A stretch of DNA of 64,000 bases from NCBI GenBank assembly GCA_032718475.1, contig JAUCBJ010001376.1, positions 1-64,000 on the forward strand, written 5' to 3'. Made by a program: the position numbers and the translations under genes. The first letter of the stretch is position 1. Every line of letters begins with the position of its first letter. The stretch comes from Nemertoderma westbladi (Eukaryota > Animalia > Xenacoelomorpha). Positions 37,501-51,250 of this stretch are shown one piece after another. Under the pieces are notes generated by a model that was not told the DNA's origin, did no database searches, and was given only the letters and a program-made list of their open reading frames with translations.

Positions 37501-38326
37501 TAATGATGATGGGGTGATGATTACTCCACCTACTGGCTCCAGAAGTCGAGGAAATCCTGCCAAGTACCTAACTGATCTAGACTTTGCTGATGACTTTGGA
37601 GTACTCTCAGAATCACTAGAGGGAGCCCAACGGTTCCTCAGCTCATTAGAACATGCTGCTTCTAGTGTTGGTCTTTTTATTAACTCCAGAAAGGCCAAAA
37701 TTTTGACAGTTAACTTTGAAAGTCCTCAGCAAGTCTCTGATCGGATGAGCATAAGCTCAAAGGATGGTATGCTTGAGCATGTGGACGACTTCTGTTACCT
37801 GGGATCATGGATCCGGAAGTCAGGTGAGGACCTTCGAATACGTAAGGGAAAGGCATGGGCAGCCTTGAATAGGCTTTCCAGGATTTGGAAGTCACCGAAA
37901 ATTAATCGGAAACTTAAGGTCCGATTATTTAGAGCAGCAGTAGTTCCAGTACTCCTCTACGGGAGTCCATGCTGGGCTCTAACTGCTGAGGACACCAAAT
38001 CTCTGGATGGCACATTCACAAGAATGCTACGCCGGGTTCATTGTGTCAAGTACAATGCACACATCTCCAACCAGACACTATATAACATTGGAGGTGTCTC
38101 ATTGGTTCCCCCAAGCTTGACACTCGAACAAAATCGCCTCCACTTTGCAGGACATTGCTTTCGCCGTGAGGACCAGCCAGTGCATAATCTTGTACTTTGG
38201 CAGCCTCATGGAGTGAATAAGCATGGTGGACAGCCCATGACTTTCTTGAGACGCATCTTAAAGTACACTGGCCTTGAAGATGCGGATGATCTAGCAAATG
38301 TCATGGGTGATAGGGATTTTATTTAG
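37500..38326 (+). mobile_element. RTE-clade LINE, 5'-truncated RT fragment
   Basis: LTDLDFADD, VGLFIN, VDDFCYLGSWI, RKGKAWAALNRLSRIWKS, VLLYGSPCW, FAGHCFR. Confidence 0.85.
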
Positions 38327-39450
38327 GGATTTATTAAGTAATTGAGATGGATAGAAATAGGTTGATCTGCTAACATTATAAGTTTAGTTGGAAGAGTATC
38401 ATTAGAAGCGGATTTAGGATTGAGATGAAGAAGGTAGTATTGCACTTCTACAGGTGAAGTTTCTACTAATGAAAAAGAGTTAGAATGTCTGTTAGAGTGT
38501 TGGATATGGCGCAGTGGGGAGCGGTTTGATGAAGGGATTTTTTTATTAAGTAGTGGTCCTATCGTTGCAAAATGATTATTTAGAATAGTTGCTATTCTGG
38601 AAGGATCGGTGATAGTTTCTATTGCATTATCTGATCGAACTGTTAACTGACGTGGAATGTTTAATTTCTTAGATTTAGATAGAGCAGAGTTTATAATCAA
38701 CCATGTTTTTTTATGTTGTTTGAGTTCTCTTGAAATTGTTTATGGTAGTATATTTTTTCTGCTGAACGTTGAGATGTTAATTTTTAATTATTGAGTGTTT
38801 TGATTCTGTTGGGTTTTTTAAGTACTTCCGGTATAACTTATTTTTTTGTATGGTACTGGATACAAGAGATTCAGTCATCTAAGGTTTATCGGGCATTTTT
38901 CGAGGTGATACTATTTTTTCTGAACATTTTTTTCACAAATTTTTTCTAAATGTTTATCAAAAATATCAAATTTGTCTATTTTTTTAATTTTATTCGAAGT
39001 ATATGACCAACTCGAAGCCGATTGAATATCTTTAAGAACATTTACTTTGTTAAATTTGGAGAAATCAAAAATTGTATTTGGCTCTGGATTTTTGAAAAAA
39101 ACAAGAATAGTTATGAAAAGGTGTGAAGGTTGGTTGATGATCTGAGGTGCCAATTTTAACTCGAAAAGTGCCAGACGTGGTTGTGGATGTTGTATTGTAA
39201 TGTTTGTAAAAATGTGATCTATAAGGGATTCGGTCCATGGAGTGAGTCGCGTAGGTGCGTTTATTAATTGTAAGAAGCCGTAAGTATTTAATAGGTTAAT
39301 GTATTCATGTGGTTTGTCTTTAGGGTCTAGTAAGTCTACATTAGTGTCGCCAGTAATTATTATGTCGTAATTAGAGTTCGTAAGGTTAGAAAGTGCGGGG
39401 AATTTGTTTTGATAGCATTGTGAGAGGAATCAATATCATTAGGAAGACGG
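38323..39450 (-). mobile_element. CR1/L2-group LINE fragment (APE C-terminus + linker)
   Basis: Minus-strand TGDTNVDLL, QLINAPTRLTPWTESLIDHIF, IATILNNHFATIGP. Confidence 0.75.
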
Positions 39451-39674
39451 ATTACAAACTACTACTACTACTATAATCGACCTGCTGCATTGAGACTGCA
39501 CATTGAGATGCTACGGCTTAACAAAATAATTTTACCAACACCATGCATCTACAATTGGCAAGCCTAATGCAGCGTGCATTAAGAATGCTATGCCGGCTTA
39601 TCAACAAAGTTGCACCGCCATGTGGTGTCGTTACTCTTAATATTTAATTAATTAAACCATATGTTATGCTGCAG

Positions 39675-39797
39675 ATATTGATGAATGTGATATCAATACT
39701 GATAACTGCCACTCCGATGCCAGCTGCACAAATACTGTTGGTTCATTCACATGTGAATGCAATAATGGCTATTCTGGTGATGGTGAATCATGCACTG
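39675..39797 (+). CDS. Host gene exon: calcium-binding EGF domain
   Basis: cag|...|gtaag, 123 bp, phase 1-1; [41 protein letters not shown]. Confidence 0.92.
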
Positions 39798-39931
39798 GTA
39801 AGTTATGTTAGCATATTTCATACTTTAATTTAAAATCTTTTTATGTTAGATATATGGTATATCATCTGAAATGATTTCTGCAATATCTTCTAAATCCTGA
39901 CTTTCTTTGTATTCACGTATCTGTCCTTTAA

Positions 39932-41331
39932 CCCTATTAAACCCGGGGGGGGGGGGGTCAATATGACCCCCCCCCCGTGGTTTTTTTATTATAATTCTGA
40001 AACAAACGCAGTTGGGAATCTGAAATTTTATGACTTTTCCTAAAAATCTATTCTCTTCCTAGTAGTGAAAACCGTTTTCAAAAATATTGGGTACTTTTCG
40101 AGTTATAGCACCATTTTTTAACCCTACTTTTGGCACTTTTTTTGAGACGTTTTTTGAAAATTACATTTCATTAAATATGAATTGTAACATCTCTATTTTT
40201 GATTTACACCGGTTTTTTGGTGTTAGAAATTTGATGGAATTCATATAAATTGATTTAAAAATTCCAAACTTGTTTTTTTCGGTGGGTGCCAAATTTTGGT
40301 GCCAGCACCAAATTTTGAAATAAGTCAATTTTGTAAATTGATCGTTTGAAACTTGTTTTTTACGCAATTTGGGTTTTTTGGGTTTCTGGATACGATGAAA
40401 TATATACGAGTTGCACCAAGCGTATCAAACTTGTATTTTTGTGTTTTTGTGCTGTGTGCAAATTTTCGTGCTAGCACGAAATTTTGAAAATCCATTCAAT
40501 AGATAAAATTGCTTGTGACAATTTATTTCTTGCGTTTTAGAGTTTATGGCTGTTCTGAATTCAATGGAAAATATAATTATCGAACTAGACATATCAAACT
40601 TGTATTTTTCGGATGTGGGTGCAAAATGTGGTGCTAGCACCAAATTTTGAAAACCATCAAATATATCAATTGATTGTGTCACCTTGTTTCTTGCGTTATA
40701 CGGGTTTGTGATGGTTCTGAATTCAATGGAATCAGTAAAAATTTCATAAGAGTTCTCAAACTTGTATTTTTCTCCGGTGGGTGAAAATTGTTGTGCCAGC
40801 ACCAAATTTTGGAAAATATGCAAATTGATAAGTAGATAGTATCACCTTGTTTCTTGCGTTATACGGGTTTATGAGGGTCCTGAATCCGATGGAATCAATA
40901 AAAACAGCACTGGACATCGCAAACTTGTACTTTTTCGTGATGGGTACGAAATTTGGTGCTAGCACCAAAATTTGCCAAATTACGCCGGAAAATACAAGTA
41001 GCAATGATCTGGCATATTAGAAATGTATTCCATTAGAATCAGCGCCCTAGAAAACCTGAATATGTGAATTTGTAGCATCGTATAAGTGAATTAAAAATTA
41101 ATTTTGTGTTCTAACTGAAAAGTGCTGGTTACTTGTTTTTTTCATTTTTTTCCTACGCAGAGAGGACTAAACAGCCATTTATAGTAATCATATCATTTTT
41201 AAATATTTTCCAATGTATTTTGCGGGGTTGGGGTCTTTTTTTTATTCTAGAGGGGGTGGGGTCAATATGACCCCCCCCCCCCCCCCCCCCACGGTGTTTG
41301 TACAACATTTTATAGCCCGGTACTAATAGGG
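39932..41331. mobile_element. piggyBac-type non-autonomous element (1.4 kb) with internal ~163-bp tandem repeats
   Basis: TTAA TSDs; ends CCCTATTA...TAATAGGG; subterminal palindromes ggggtcaatatgacccc at both ends; gctagcaccaaattttg-like motif at ~40301, 40470, 40633, 40795 and 40958. Confidence 0.88.
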
Positions 41332-42547
41332 TTAATAAGGATTGATTATTACTGGAATGATGACGTTTTCACCCATAAATACAAAGTCCCCAATTTATCC
41401 CAGATCATCCAAGAGTACAGATGTTGATTGGCCAAAACCTCCTGGAAGCCTTGGAGATACTAATTGCACCTTCCTTCCATTAACAGCATTCCAATGCCAA
41501 GCGAGACACCAGAGCACAGCAGTTCGTAAAGGTCGGAAGCTTATATCAAGAGCATGAACTGCAACCCTACTATGGGTATTGATGCTGCATGACTTCACAA
41601 TAGTTCAAACATACCCTATCCATTCGTCAACACACAGATAGTCCTGCTTTGGGCTCATTCCCGTGGTTTCTTCCGGCTTATGTACCGAAACAATAATGAT
41701 GATACCCACAACAGAGTTGATCATGCATCTTCCAATCAATATTCCTGGAATTTTAAAGAGAATGACTATGACGCGTATTCCAAAGTATACCTCGACTCGT
41801 ATTCATTCTATTATTTCCAGTGAGCGCTCACTGCCCACTGTGTCATATATAGTTTCATGAGCTTATCCTTGCATCCCTCACTCGCTGTGTATATTATTTT
41901 ATATTCGGCATTAACCGGATGGATAGCAGACACTTGTAGCAACACTCTGCAATCACACCCATTGCTGATTAGTACCCAACTTGCCAAGATAAATGAGTCT
42001 CTCACGGTTTGTAATGTTTCCAACGGTTCCTCCAACCCTTCATTAAGTAGACCGTCATTTCCGAAATAAAATTTAAAATACTACAAATTCAGTGCAGTTT
42101 CAGTGCTTCAGTGCAGTAAGCCTTTCAAGTTGGTCTATAAATTTCATAGCCAGTCGTCCATGGGAACGCCTACCTTGTTTTTCTTGTTGTCAGAAAAGTA
42201 GATCTGTTATGACCTTGTAATCTAATAATCAGAATCATGCATAAATAAGACAGAATTCACATTGTAATTTAGTTCTCGGGATCGCAAGTGTAAATAATAC
42301 AGCATTCACATGATAATCAAAGGATGTGAATCGCCATTTCCTGAGAGAGAATACAATTTCCTGTGGATGATTATTATAAAAAATTCGATTCACAACGATT
42401 TGTTTAACTGCCATAGCTTGCTATTATTATCTGCTTGCTGGGTATCCCACCCATCGGTCTCTTTCACATCATGATGTTCTTTATTTTTATGTGGTGCTCT
42501 TTCCTCTTAAAGCCTAATTAATTTAAAAAATCTATGTTATGCTGAAG

Positions 42548-42670
42548 ATATTGATGAATGTATTACCAATACTCATAATTGCCAGTTTCGTACCAGCTGC
42601 ACAAATACTGTTGCTTCATTCACATATGAATGCAATAATGGCTATTCTGGTGATGGTGACTAGTGCACTG
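42548..42670 (+). pseudogene. Inactivated cbEGF exon copy
   Basis: [40 protein letters not shown]: Cys>Tyr change, in-frame TAG and an aag acceptor. Confidence 0.88.
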
Positions 42671-42954
42671 GTAAGTTATATTAGCATACAGTATTGAATA
42701 TTGAATAATTATATCCGGCAATGGCCATTATAATGTGAGAGGATCAATATCAGTCTGTGGAAGATAAACACATAATTATAATTGAACAAGGCAAATGGCA
42801 ATATAACAGCCAATCATAAGTTAGCAATGAATAGATATGGGACTGACTGGCTTGACGTGTATTATTACATGCATCACCCTATACATTATATACTATTGAC
42901 GGGCATGGCGGCCCGATAAGAAACCGACCTTTTTTATTTCATAAAAAACACTCA

Positions 42955-43330
42955 TCTGGTAGCGGTTACGAATTTGAGATCCTGGTTACAAATCTTTGTT
43001 TCTAGTTACAAATCTGAGAGCCCTATAACAAATTGGAGTTCCCGGTTACTAATAGGTGTTTCCAGTTACGAATTGGAGTACCTGGTTACAAATCTCTGTT
43101 GCTCATTACAAAAATCAGTATGTTTGGTTACAAATATGAGCACCCTGTCGCAACTTGATAGCCCAGGTTTTACATATCTGAGCACCCAGTTACAAATTCA
43201 ACTGCTCAGTTCCAAATCCAAGTAACCAGTAATAAATCCATACACCCTGTACCAAATCTTAGTATCCATGAGCAGAATAGTCTGCCTAGTTACAAATATG
43301 ACTACTCATTTACAAAATCTGAGTGTCAGT
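42955..43330. repeat. Degenerate ~21-bp minisatellite (ggttacaaat core)
   Basis: Recurring (g/a)gttacaaat(c/a)tgag at roughly 21-bp spacing. Confidence 0.7.
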
Positions 43331-44019
43331 CAACTTTGTATCTGTAACACAACTAATACTTATACTGTATCTGGCACAGGCAAAGAATGTATAAAAAACT
43401 CACATTAATAATGTGTATTAAGAATTGGATCAGTACCTTTAGATTCCCGTTTAAGCCACAGCGGATATATGTTTGGCTTAAATAATTTAATAATTTATAA
43501 TACTGTATAACGCGTGTCTGCTATCTAACTTTGTTCAACTATCATGTTGCCAAAATATAATTAACTTCCCTCTACGAAAATGATCTTAATTAAATACATA
43601 ATTAAATACATACATCAACTATTATAGAGCAGTCAACTCTCTTTCTGTCAGCAGTACTCGAAAACTAAAAATGCATTTCCAGCTTTTCCCTTTAAGCTAA
43701 TTAGACATTCGATTTCATTTGAGTGTGAGAGGCCCATCATCTGGCATGCAACAAATTACAAACACGCAGTAGGCTTTGATAGTGGGTTGTTATTAAAATT
43801 ATCACATTTAAACCATTTGATTTAAATGAAATGCAGAAAATTCAATAAAACTGTGAATGAAATTAGAATATTGATGAATTCGAAGATCCTTTTTAACGAA
43901 TTCATTAAAAAGGCTGTATCTTAGAACTTATATGGTGAATTTGTTCGAAAAGCGCTATCTCAGGTATCCATACCTATACAGTTTTGAAGATAGCACCTTT
44001 TTATTGCCACATGATGATA

Positions 44020-44240
44020 TAGCACCATTTTTCAACCCTACATTTTGTCACAATTTTCGAAAAGTTTTTTTGAAAATTCCATTGCATGAAATATCAATAA
44101 TTGTATAATCTCTATTTTTAAGTTACATCGATATTTTGGGGTTATGATTACGTTGGAATAAATGAAATGGCACGAGACAAGACATCTCCAACTTGCATAT
44201 AACGATGGTGGGTGAAATATTTAGTACCAGCACCAAAGCT
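44020..44240 (+). repeat. Fragment related to the piggyBac-type element at 39932
   Basis: atagcaccattttt.aaccctac.tttt...ttttttgaaaatt.catt.cat.aaatat matches ~40105-40200. Confidence 0.65.
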
Positions 44241-44313
44241 TTATGCAAAAAATTCATTATGCCAACTTATCCTGGATTTAATTGGGTTACAGAAAATTGA
44301 TTTTATGCTTCAG

Positions 44314-44439
44314 ATATTGATGAATGTATTACCAATACTCACAATTGTCACATTGATGCCAGCTGCACAAATACTAATGGTGGTTTCACATGTGAATGCA
44401 ATAAGGGCTTTTATGGTAATGGTGAAGTCTGCACTTTGG
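44314..44439 (+). CDS. Host gene exon: calcium-binding EGF domain
   Basis: cag|...|gtaag, 126 bp; [42 protein letters not shown]. Confidence 0.92.
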
Positions 44440-45311
44440 GTAAGTTAACCATATAAATAGGCTTAATTTAAATTCTGTAACTATGTGACACCGTATGCAC
44501 TGGCCAAACTAAACTAATCACTGAGTAGTAATACACATTGGGTACGGCAAGATAAAACGAGGCATGTGGCTATCCTGAGTGTAGTCGAGTTTTGGAGCCT
44601 TCGCAGGTTTCACATTAAATTGCTACTCACTTACTTCTGGATCGATCGATGGCATTATAGTAGCCAGTGCGATCGGTGGAGTAGAGGATCCCGAGGACTT
44701 AATTCAGATGGAGACCCCATTAATACCCCACGAGATCGATGGCGACAATGCAGTGTTTAAACAAGGACAGACCGGTGTCTGAGAACCAGTCGAGCAACCC
44801 TACCCTGCAGGGGGAAGGCGAGCTCTGTTCCCAGGCAACAGTGGGAGGTCCCTAACAGTGGGCGATGGGGGAGTGAGGTTGAAACCCGACCTCTGCTTCC
44901 CAGAGACTCCGACTCCATCAGTGGAGCGAGTCTACCTCCTACCTTTAGACAACGACTCTCATAAACGACACGATCCTTAACCACACCGAGTGGATGATGG
45001 CCCCAAAAGGAGGACGAAAAGGAGATCGTCGATGATCTGAGGAACAACATCGATGAGATAAGTAGATACTTGAGTAGAATAAACCACCACTTATACAAGG
45101 CAACTCAAATTATTAGTTCGGAGATGGAAGGATTCTACACTGATGAATTTTCAGACGAAAATGAATCCTGTTATATGATCAACACAACTGTGTATCGAGC
45201 ACTTACGTATGAGACCGAAATGGAGGGAGAAGAACCCCGACTGTCTATTCCAGATTGACAGCTCTCTGGTAAAGCGCCAACATCATCTGTCAGTATCCGA
45301 GAGTTTACGTA

Positions 45312-48300
45312 GTGCAACTGAGGGTCCATGGGATAGGGAAGAGCTTAATAGTGAACGCCCTCCTTGACTCCGGCAGTACAGGCACTTTTATAGATAAAGA
45401 CCTAGCCGAAAATATCTTTGCTGGTCAACCAAAGTTCCGAACCAAACTGAACCTTTCCGGAATTATGCAGGTTGGGAAATCCACGGTATCCACCGATTAT
45501 TACATGGGTTCGTTGTCCACTCCCCAGGATGAACTAGGAGAAAATAGTGTAAGGTCAGTTAAGATGGTGGCGATAAAGAACTTTGCTACTAGCCAAGTGG
45601 AGCCTTACAACTGGGATGAAGATCATTTTGCCCAGCAATACAACATACCTAGATTCAGTACCGATTATCCAGGGGTACAAATATTACTTGGCCAAAATGC
45701 GCACGAGGCGCTTGAGACAATAGAAAAACGGCCTGCTTGACCGTGACCACTCCTGACTTACGCGGGAAGAACAAGAGTAGGTTGGTACTTCACTGGTCCT
45801 TCCCACAGGACTTTACAAGAAAGACTCCCGAGCGAACAAGTCCATCAAGTAAATGAGTGGGAGGAAGATATAAGTGAAGAAGAAATCCCAGCTGAGGAAA
45901 CCCCATACTCCTCAGATAACGACGATATTCACAATTTATATGACGAGGAAAATACTATTGAACACCTCACTGAGAACCAAACTTGGTTAAACCAAGTTAA
46001 CCTGTATAACCTTATCAGTCAAAGGAACGAACTATTGAGTTATGACGATGAATTAAATGAAGCGGTACAGCGGTATAATAATAAAGTACGCGATGAACAC
46101 GCCGTACGATTCTTTACTCAAGAAGCGGTAGAGCCTAATTCTTACGACAAAGCATTATCTGTCGAAGAAGAGAGAGCCAAGCAGAATCAGGAAACGACCA
46201 CACGTTATCTGAAAGATGAAGGTCGTTATGAGATTGGTCTGCCGTTCCGACGGAGAGAACCCAGCTTCGTGAATAACCGAACTTTAGCGGAAAAAAGAAT
46301 CGCGCAACTTCATCAGCGTTTGACGGCTAACGATGGAGCCAAAGAAATGTATAAAACTCAATTGAAGAAGTTTATAGACAAGGGATACGCGGAGCGGCAC
46401 CCATAACGGAAAGAATGTATTATTTGACACATCATTACGTTCCCAAGCCCGGTAAACCAAATGAAGTCCGGGTAGTGTTTGACGGCTCCGCCCTTTATAT
46501 GGGACAATCCCTAAATTCTGAACTGTTGCCGGGACCCAACTTACTCCAATCTTTGTTGGGAATATTACTACGACTGCGGCAATATTCGATCGCCTCCGCT
46601 TCGGATATTGAAGGCATGTTTCTACAAGTTAAAGCGTTAGCTAGGGATCGAGACAGTCTACGATTTCTGTGGTGGCCTGAAGGAGACCTCAACCGAAAAC
46701 CAGTAGAGTACTGGATGACAATCCAGGCTTTCGGGATCATTTCGAGCCCTCGAACGCTTGTTCGGTAGTGCGTACCACTGCCGATGACAACAGAGACGCC
46801 TTCTCTAAAGCGGTTATCAACAACATCAAACGGGATATTTACATGGACGACAATTTAAAGTCCCTCCCATCGGTGGAAGAAGCAATCGCTGTTGCCAAGG
46901 GAATGGTCGAGTGCTTACAATGAGGTGGATTTCGCCTAACCAAATTCACTAGTAACTCCCGTTAGTTCCTGGAATCGATCCCAGTAGAAGACCGAGGTGT
47001 TAAAGATCTTGACCTCATGAAGGACGATCTTCCAGAAACCAAAACTCTTGGATTAAAATGGGACACGGAGAGAGATATCCTATTCTTTCAATTGAAGCAA
47101 CGAGACAATCCAGTTACAACTAAACGGATTTGTCTAAGTATCCTGAGCACTTATTTCGATCCATTGGGATTCATTAGCCCAGTCATACTAGTTGCTCGGA
47201 GCTTAGTACAACAATTGTGGCTCGAAAACCACTCGTGGGATGATCCACTCAAGGGAGAACTGCTAAAGAAGTGGATGAAATGGGAAGATTCTTTACCATC
47301 TATCGAGAACTTTAAGATTTCCCGCTCATATTTCGGTCACATTCTCCCCACGTATTCCTATCAACTCCATGTTTTTGGAGACACCAGCGATATGGGAATA
47401 GGTATAGTAGCCTACCTGAGGGTTGAAACTCCTGATGGAATTAAGGTTTCATTAGTCGCCTCTAAGGCCCTAATAAACAACAAACTAGGAGTTCCCCGAG
47501 TGGAGTTAAAGGCGGCTCTATACGCTACAGCTATCGGCCGGAATGTAATGGAACAGATTGACTATCCACTAGAGAAAAATGTCTATTGGACTGATGATTT
47601 ACTCATTCTGGAGTATATAACTAATGAAGTCTGTCAATTCAGCGTCTTTGTTACCAACAGAGTAGCCATTATACTCAGTCGCTCTAATATAGATCAATGG
47701 AGACATTGCCCTGGGACAATAATTCCAGCTGACATAGCTTCCAGAGGAGCAACTCCTCAAGAATTGATAGATACTCCAGACTGGTTAGGTGGACCCAACT
47801 TCCTGAGTAAAGAAGAGGAGGAATGGCCCCCTCATCTCACCACGGCAGAGATCAGACAAGCCATGGGAGCGGAGAAAGTCAAACCAAAAACCCAGACGAG
47901 TAAATCAAAGCTGTTTAAGCCAGCGCTAGATCTGTCTGTGCTACACACCGCCGGTGACGCCACTGTAGATCTAAACTCACCCGTGGATGATACCTGAGCT
48001 ATAAATAAATCCGTTATGGAAATCAGGGAAAGAGACTGGAAATCTGGAACACCAGAAGTCTCGCAAGGACTCTCTCCTCTCCTACAAAGAGCGATAGATC
48101 ATTATAGCTCCTGGAATCAGCTTTGAAAGGCCATTGTGTATCTGAAAAGATGTTTCCATCATCACTATTCCAGGACGAAGATCGCTAATGATACCGCTCC
48201 AGTAGTAGCTGAAAAGGTCCATGCCACTAAAGACCTTCCCACTTATAGAGTGTCTGATAGGTTTCTGACTGAGAAGATCAGTTACCCAGAACATGATGAT

Positions 48301-49707
48301 ACCAACAAGCAGTTACTGAGACTCCTGCAATGTTACGAGGATTCCGATAAGTATTTCCTGTTGTTGAGAATTCCACAGATGCGCTTAAGGGATCATTTCT
48401 CTAGCACATTGATAGATGGGTTAATACGTGTTGGAGGGAGATTAACCAATGCTCCATTGTCCTTTGACACTAAGTTTCCCATACTCATTAGAAATCTTGA
48501 AATACAAATCAAGATGATCGTAGATGTTCACAGTAAGCTTTACCATGCTGGTAGAGAATGAGTTCTTAACGAAATTCGAACTCGCTATTATTTCCATAAG
48601 CCCCGTAGAGCTCTAAACCAAGTTCTTAGGAACTGTATACCCTGTAGGAAAGCATTTAGTAGGCCTTTAACACAGCGAGAGGCAGAATTACCTAGGGAAC
48701 AAGTAAGCTGTTATGAACCACCCTTTACTAATACTGGTGTGGATTTATTTGGCCCTATTGAAGTATATCGTGCTAGGACTATAGTCAAGCAATGGTGCGT
48801 CATCTTTGTCTGTATGACTTGTAGAGTGATCCATCTAGATATGGTGAACGATCTATCTACCAACAGCTTCATACTGAGCTTACACCGACAAATCGCTCGT
48901 TTTGGGACTAGCAACACAATGAGATCTGACAAAGGAACTAATTTCATTGGCGCCAATAACGAGATCAAAGCTTACGTAAAGGATTGGAACCAAAGACAGG
49001 TGGACGATCAGCTATGAATAACAGTATCTAGCTGGACCTTCAACGCCACCGACGCCCCTTGGTGGGGAGGAAGTTGGGAGAGACTCATACGTAGCGTAAA
49101 GACCGCATTTCACTTTATAGTGCCGTGTCGCGCATATCTCACCGACGAACTTTTGCGGATGTTAATGGAAGAAATCACCGCCTATCTCAACGAGAGACCG
49201 CTTATGCCAGTCTCATCTAGTCCCAACGGCCTAGAAGCGCTAACACCCGCGCATTTCCTACTAAAGAAACCTGTAGCCATGCTCCTGCAATCGAAAATAA
49301 CAGACGGAGACGAATACTGCCGACAAACTTGGCAACTTATGCAGTTATTATCCCATCGTTTCGCTAACCATTTCGAAAAACATTATCTTCCTACGCTACA
49401 ACTTCGAACAAAGTGGTTTGCGCAGCAAGAAAACGTCAGCGCCGGAGACATGGTCCTTATCGTGGAATCAGATCTTCCCCGTAAGAGGTGGCAGACAGGT
49501 CGTATCATCGAGACTCATATATCTGATGATGGTTTAGTGCGATCGGTAGAACTCGTCGTCATGCGACGTAACTTTAAGAAACCTGGAATTGTGTTCGAAA
49601 CGCAACAAATTAATCGCCGGTTGGTCGTTTATGTTTACTGGAAAGAGACCGAGAGTTGTCCGGTAACTATGGAAGGCAAGAGACTCTTCCCACGACCACC
49701 TCCCTAA
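45312..49707 (+). pseudogene. Bel/Pao pol (PR-RT-RH-IN) with multiple stops and frameshifts
   Basis: Successive ORFs at 45312, 46035, 46415, 47017, 48136, 48739 and 49120 carry the motifs in Bel/Pao order. Confidence 0.93.
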
Positions 49708-51250
49708 TCCAACAAACATCTAGGGACTCCGCAATGTAACAGCGTTTAGAGTGGGTGTGTGACTACATTATTTTATTTTTTATTTTTATATTTATGTATG
49801 TATTATTATGTAATTTTATTATTATTATCGTTTTCTTTAATTTTATTTAGTAGAATAATATTTTAACGATTATTCAGTATATTAGTGCAATATATTCGTG
49901 TTTTATTACTTAATTACATAATATAATATATTTCGTTTAAAGGCGAGAAATAATTCATTTTCTCTTTCCTTACTGTCCGTATCATACTATAAATACATGA
50001 CTACAGTAAGATGAAATGTCAGTACTTGTTAAAGTACAATACCGCCCCTACTATACTTAAGTATTATTGGTAAGTAGAGTATTAGGAATGCAAAGTTCAG
50101 ATCCTCGTGTCTCGGCTAAACCAAGCTCTGGGTAGACCTTGGAAACGACTTGCCTCTTCTCACTGACATTGCTTCTTGCAATATTGCTCTCATACCATAT
50201 CTTAAATAATACATATAGTAGAATGATGTCCATTTAACAGTAGCATTGAAGCGCAAAAATAAATCTGTTAAACCCTTTGACCATCTGAAATTCTAGTCGA
50301 TTAAGATATCACGGCACCCATCCTCTAAAATTCTAGTCGATTAAGATATCGTAGTACTTACCGATACTCTTAAAAGGCAAAATTCTGGAATTAAGGATCC
50401 TAGTCCCCAGACATGTTCTGGAATAAAATTGTGTCTATTTTAATATCAAATAATAAAATTCACGGGAATAAATTTTAAATTCATATCCTCTCATGAATTT
50501 AATAAATTGTCATTTTATACAATTTATAAACATTCTCAAAATTCCGTTAATTAATATATCATGGGAGCGGAGATTCACCCTATTAAAGTACATCAATGTG
50601 AGAGAATCTCCAGTGTACAGTCAATAGCCGATAAAATTCAAAAATTATGTATAAGGGGAATATTGACAATTAAACAGTCACTATTAAATAGCATCCCAGA
50701 TCTGTATGCATGAGAAATACCCTAATTCTACCTCTAGCTTTGCATAATGTCACCATAGTAACAACCACGCTAGAATTAGAAGTGAGTTAAAAGAACAATA
50801 GAAAGCTTGCCCCATTGAATAGCATGCGGAATAAATAGCACCTTGCTAGTATCTAGGGATACATAATAATAACGTGGTATTCTGGAAGGCATTTGACTAA
50901 TGGACAAATGGCCCTAATTTGTACAAATTGCGGCAGGAATGTGGAATTTGTGTATTTATAGGTGAATGTTGCTACTAAAGTGTGTTTACAGTAGCGAGTC
51001 GCAGTTGTGAAAGTTACTCTGCATCTGTAGCAAGTACCTCCAGTATATCCAAGCCCTTGGGACGGACTGTGGAGTGACTCACGCTGGTTATTGTTGTCAT
51101 TGTATAGTTACTACGTTGGCGAGAGGCACAGCGACGACAGTACATCAGCGCTGGGGATCTCATGCTGTCTGGGATCATAGAGGGGGAGGCAGCGACGCCC
51201 GCTAGCCTTATTATTATTAACTATAATATCGATAAACTCATATAACAGCT

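Noticed and set aside
41342-42069. Possible pogo/DDE transposase remnant (ALDISFRPLR)
   Set aside because: A single weak motif with no supporting catalytic motifs or TIRs.
49745-49765. Possible PPT + LTR start (gagtggg-tgtgtgac) right after the pol of element F
   Set aside because: No matching 5' LTR, and a Zn-knuckle ORF homologous to B and D follows in the same orientation. Cannot be fully excluded.
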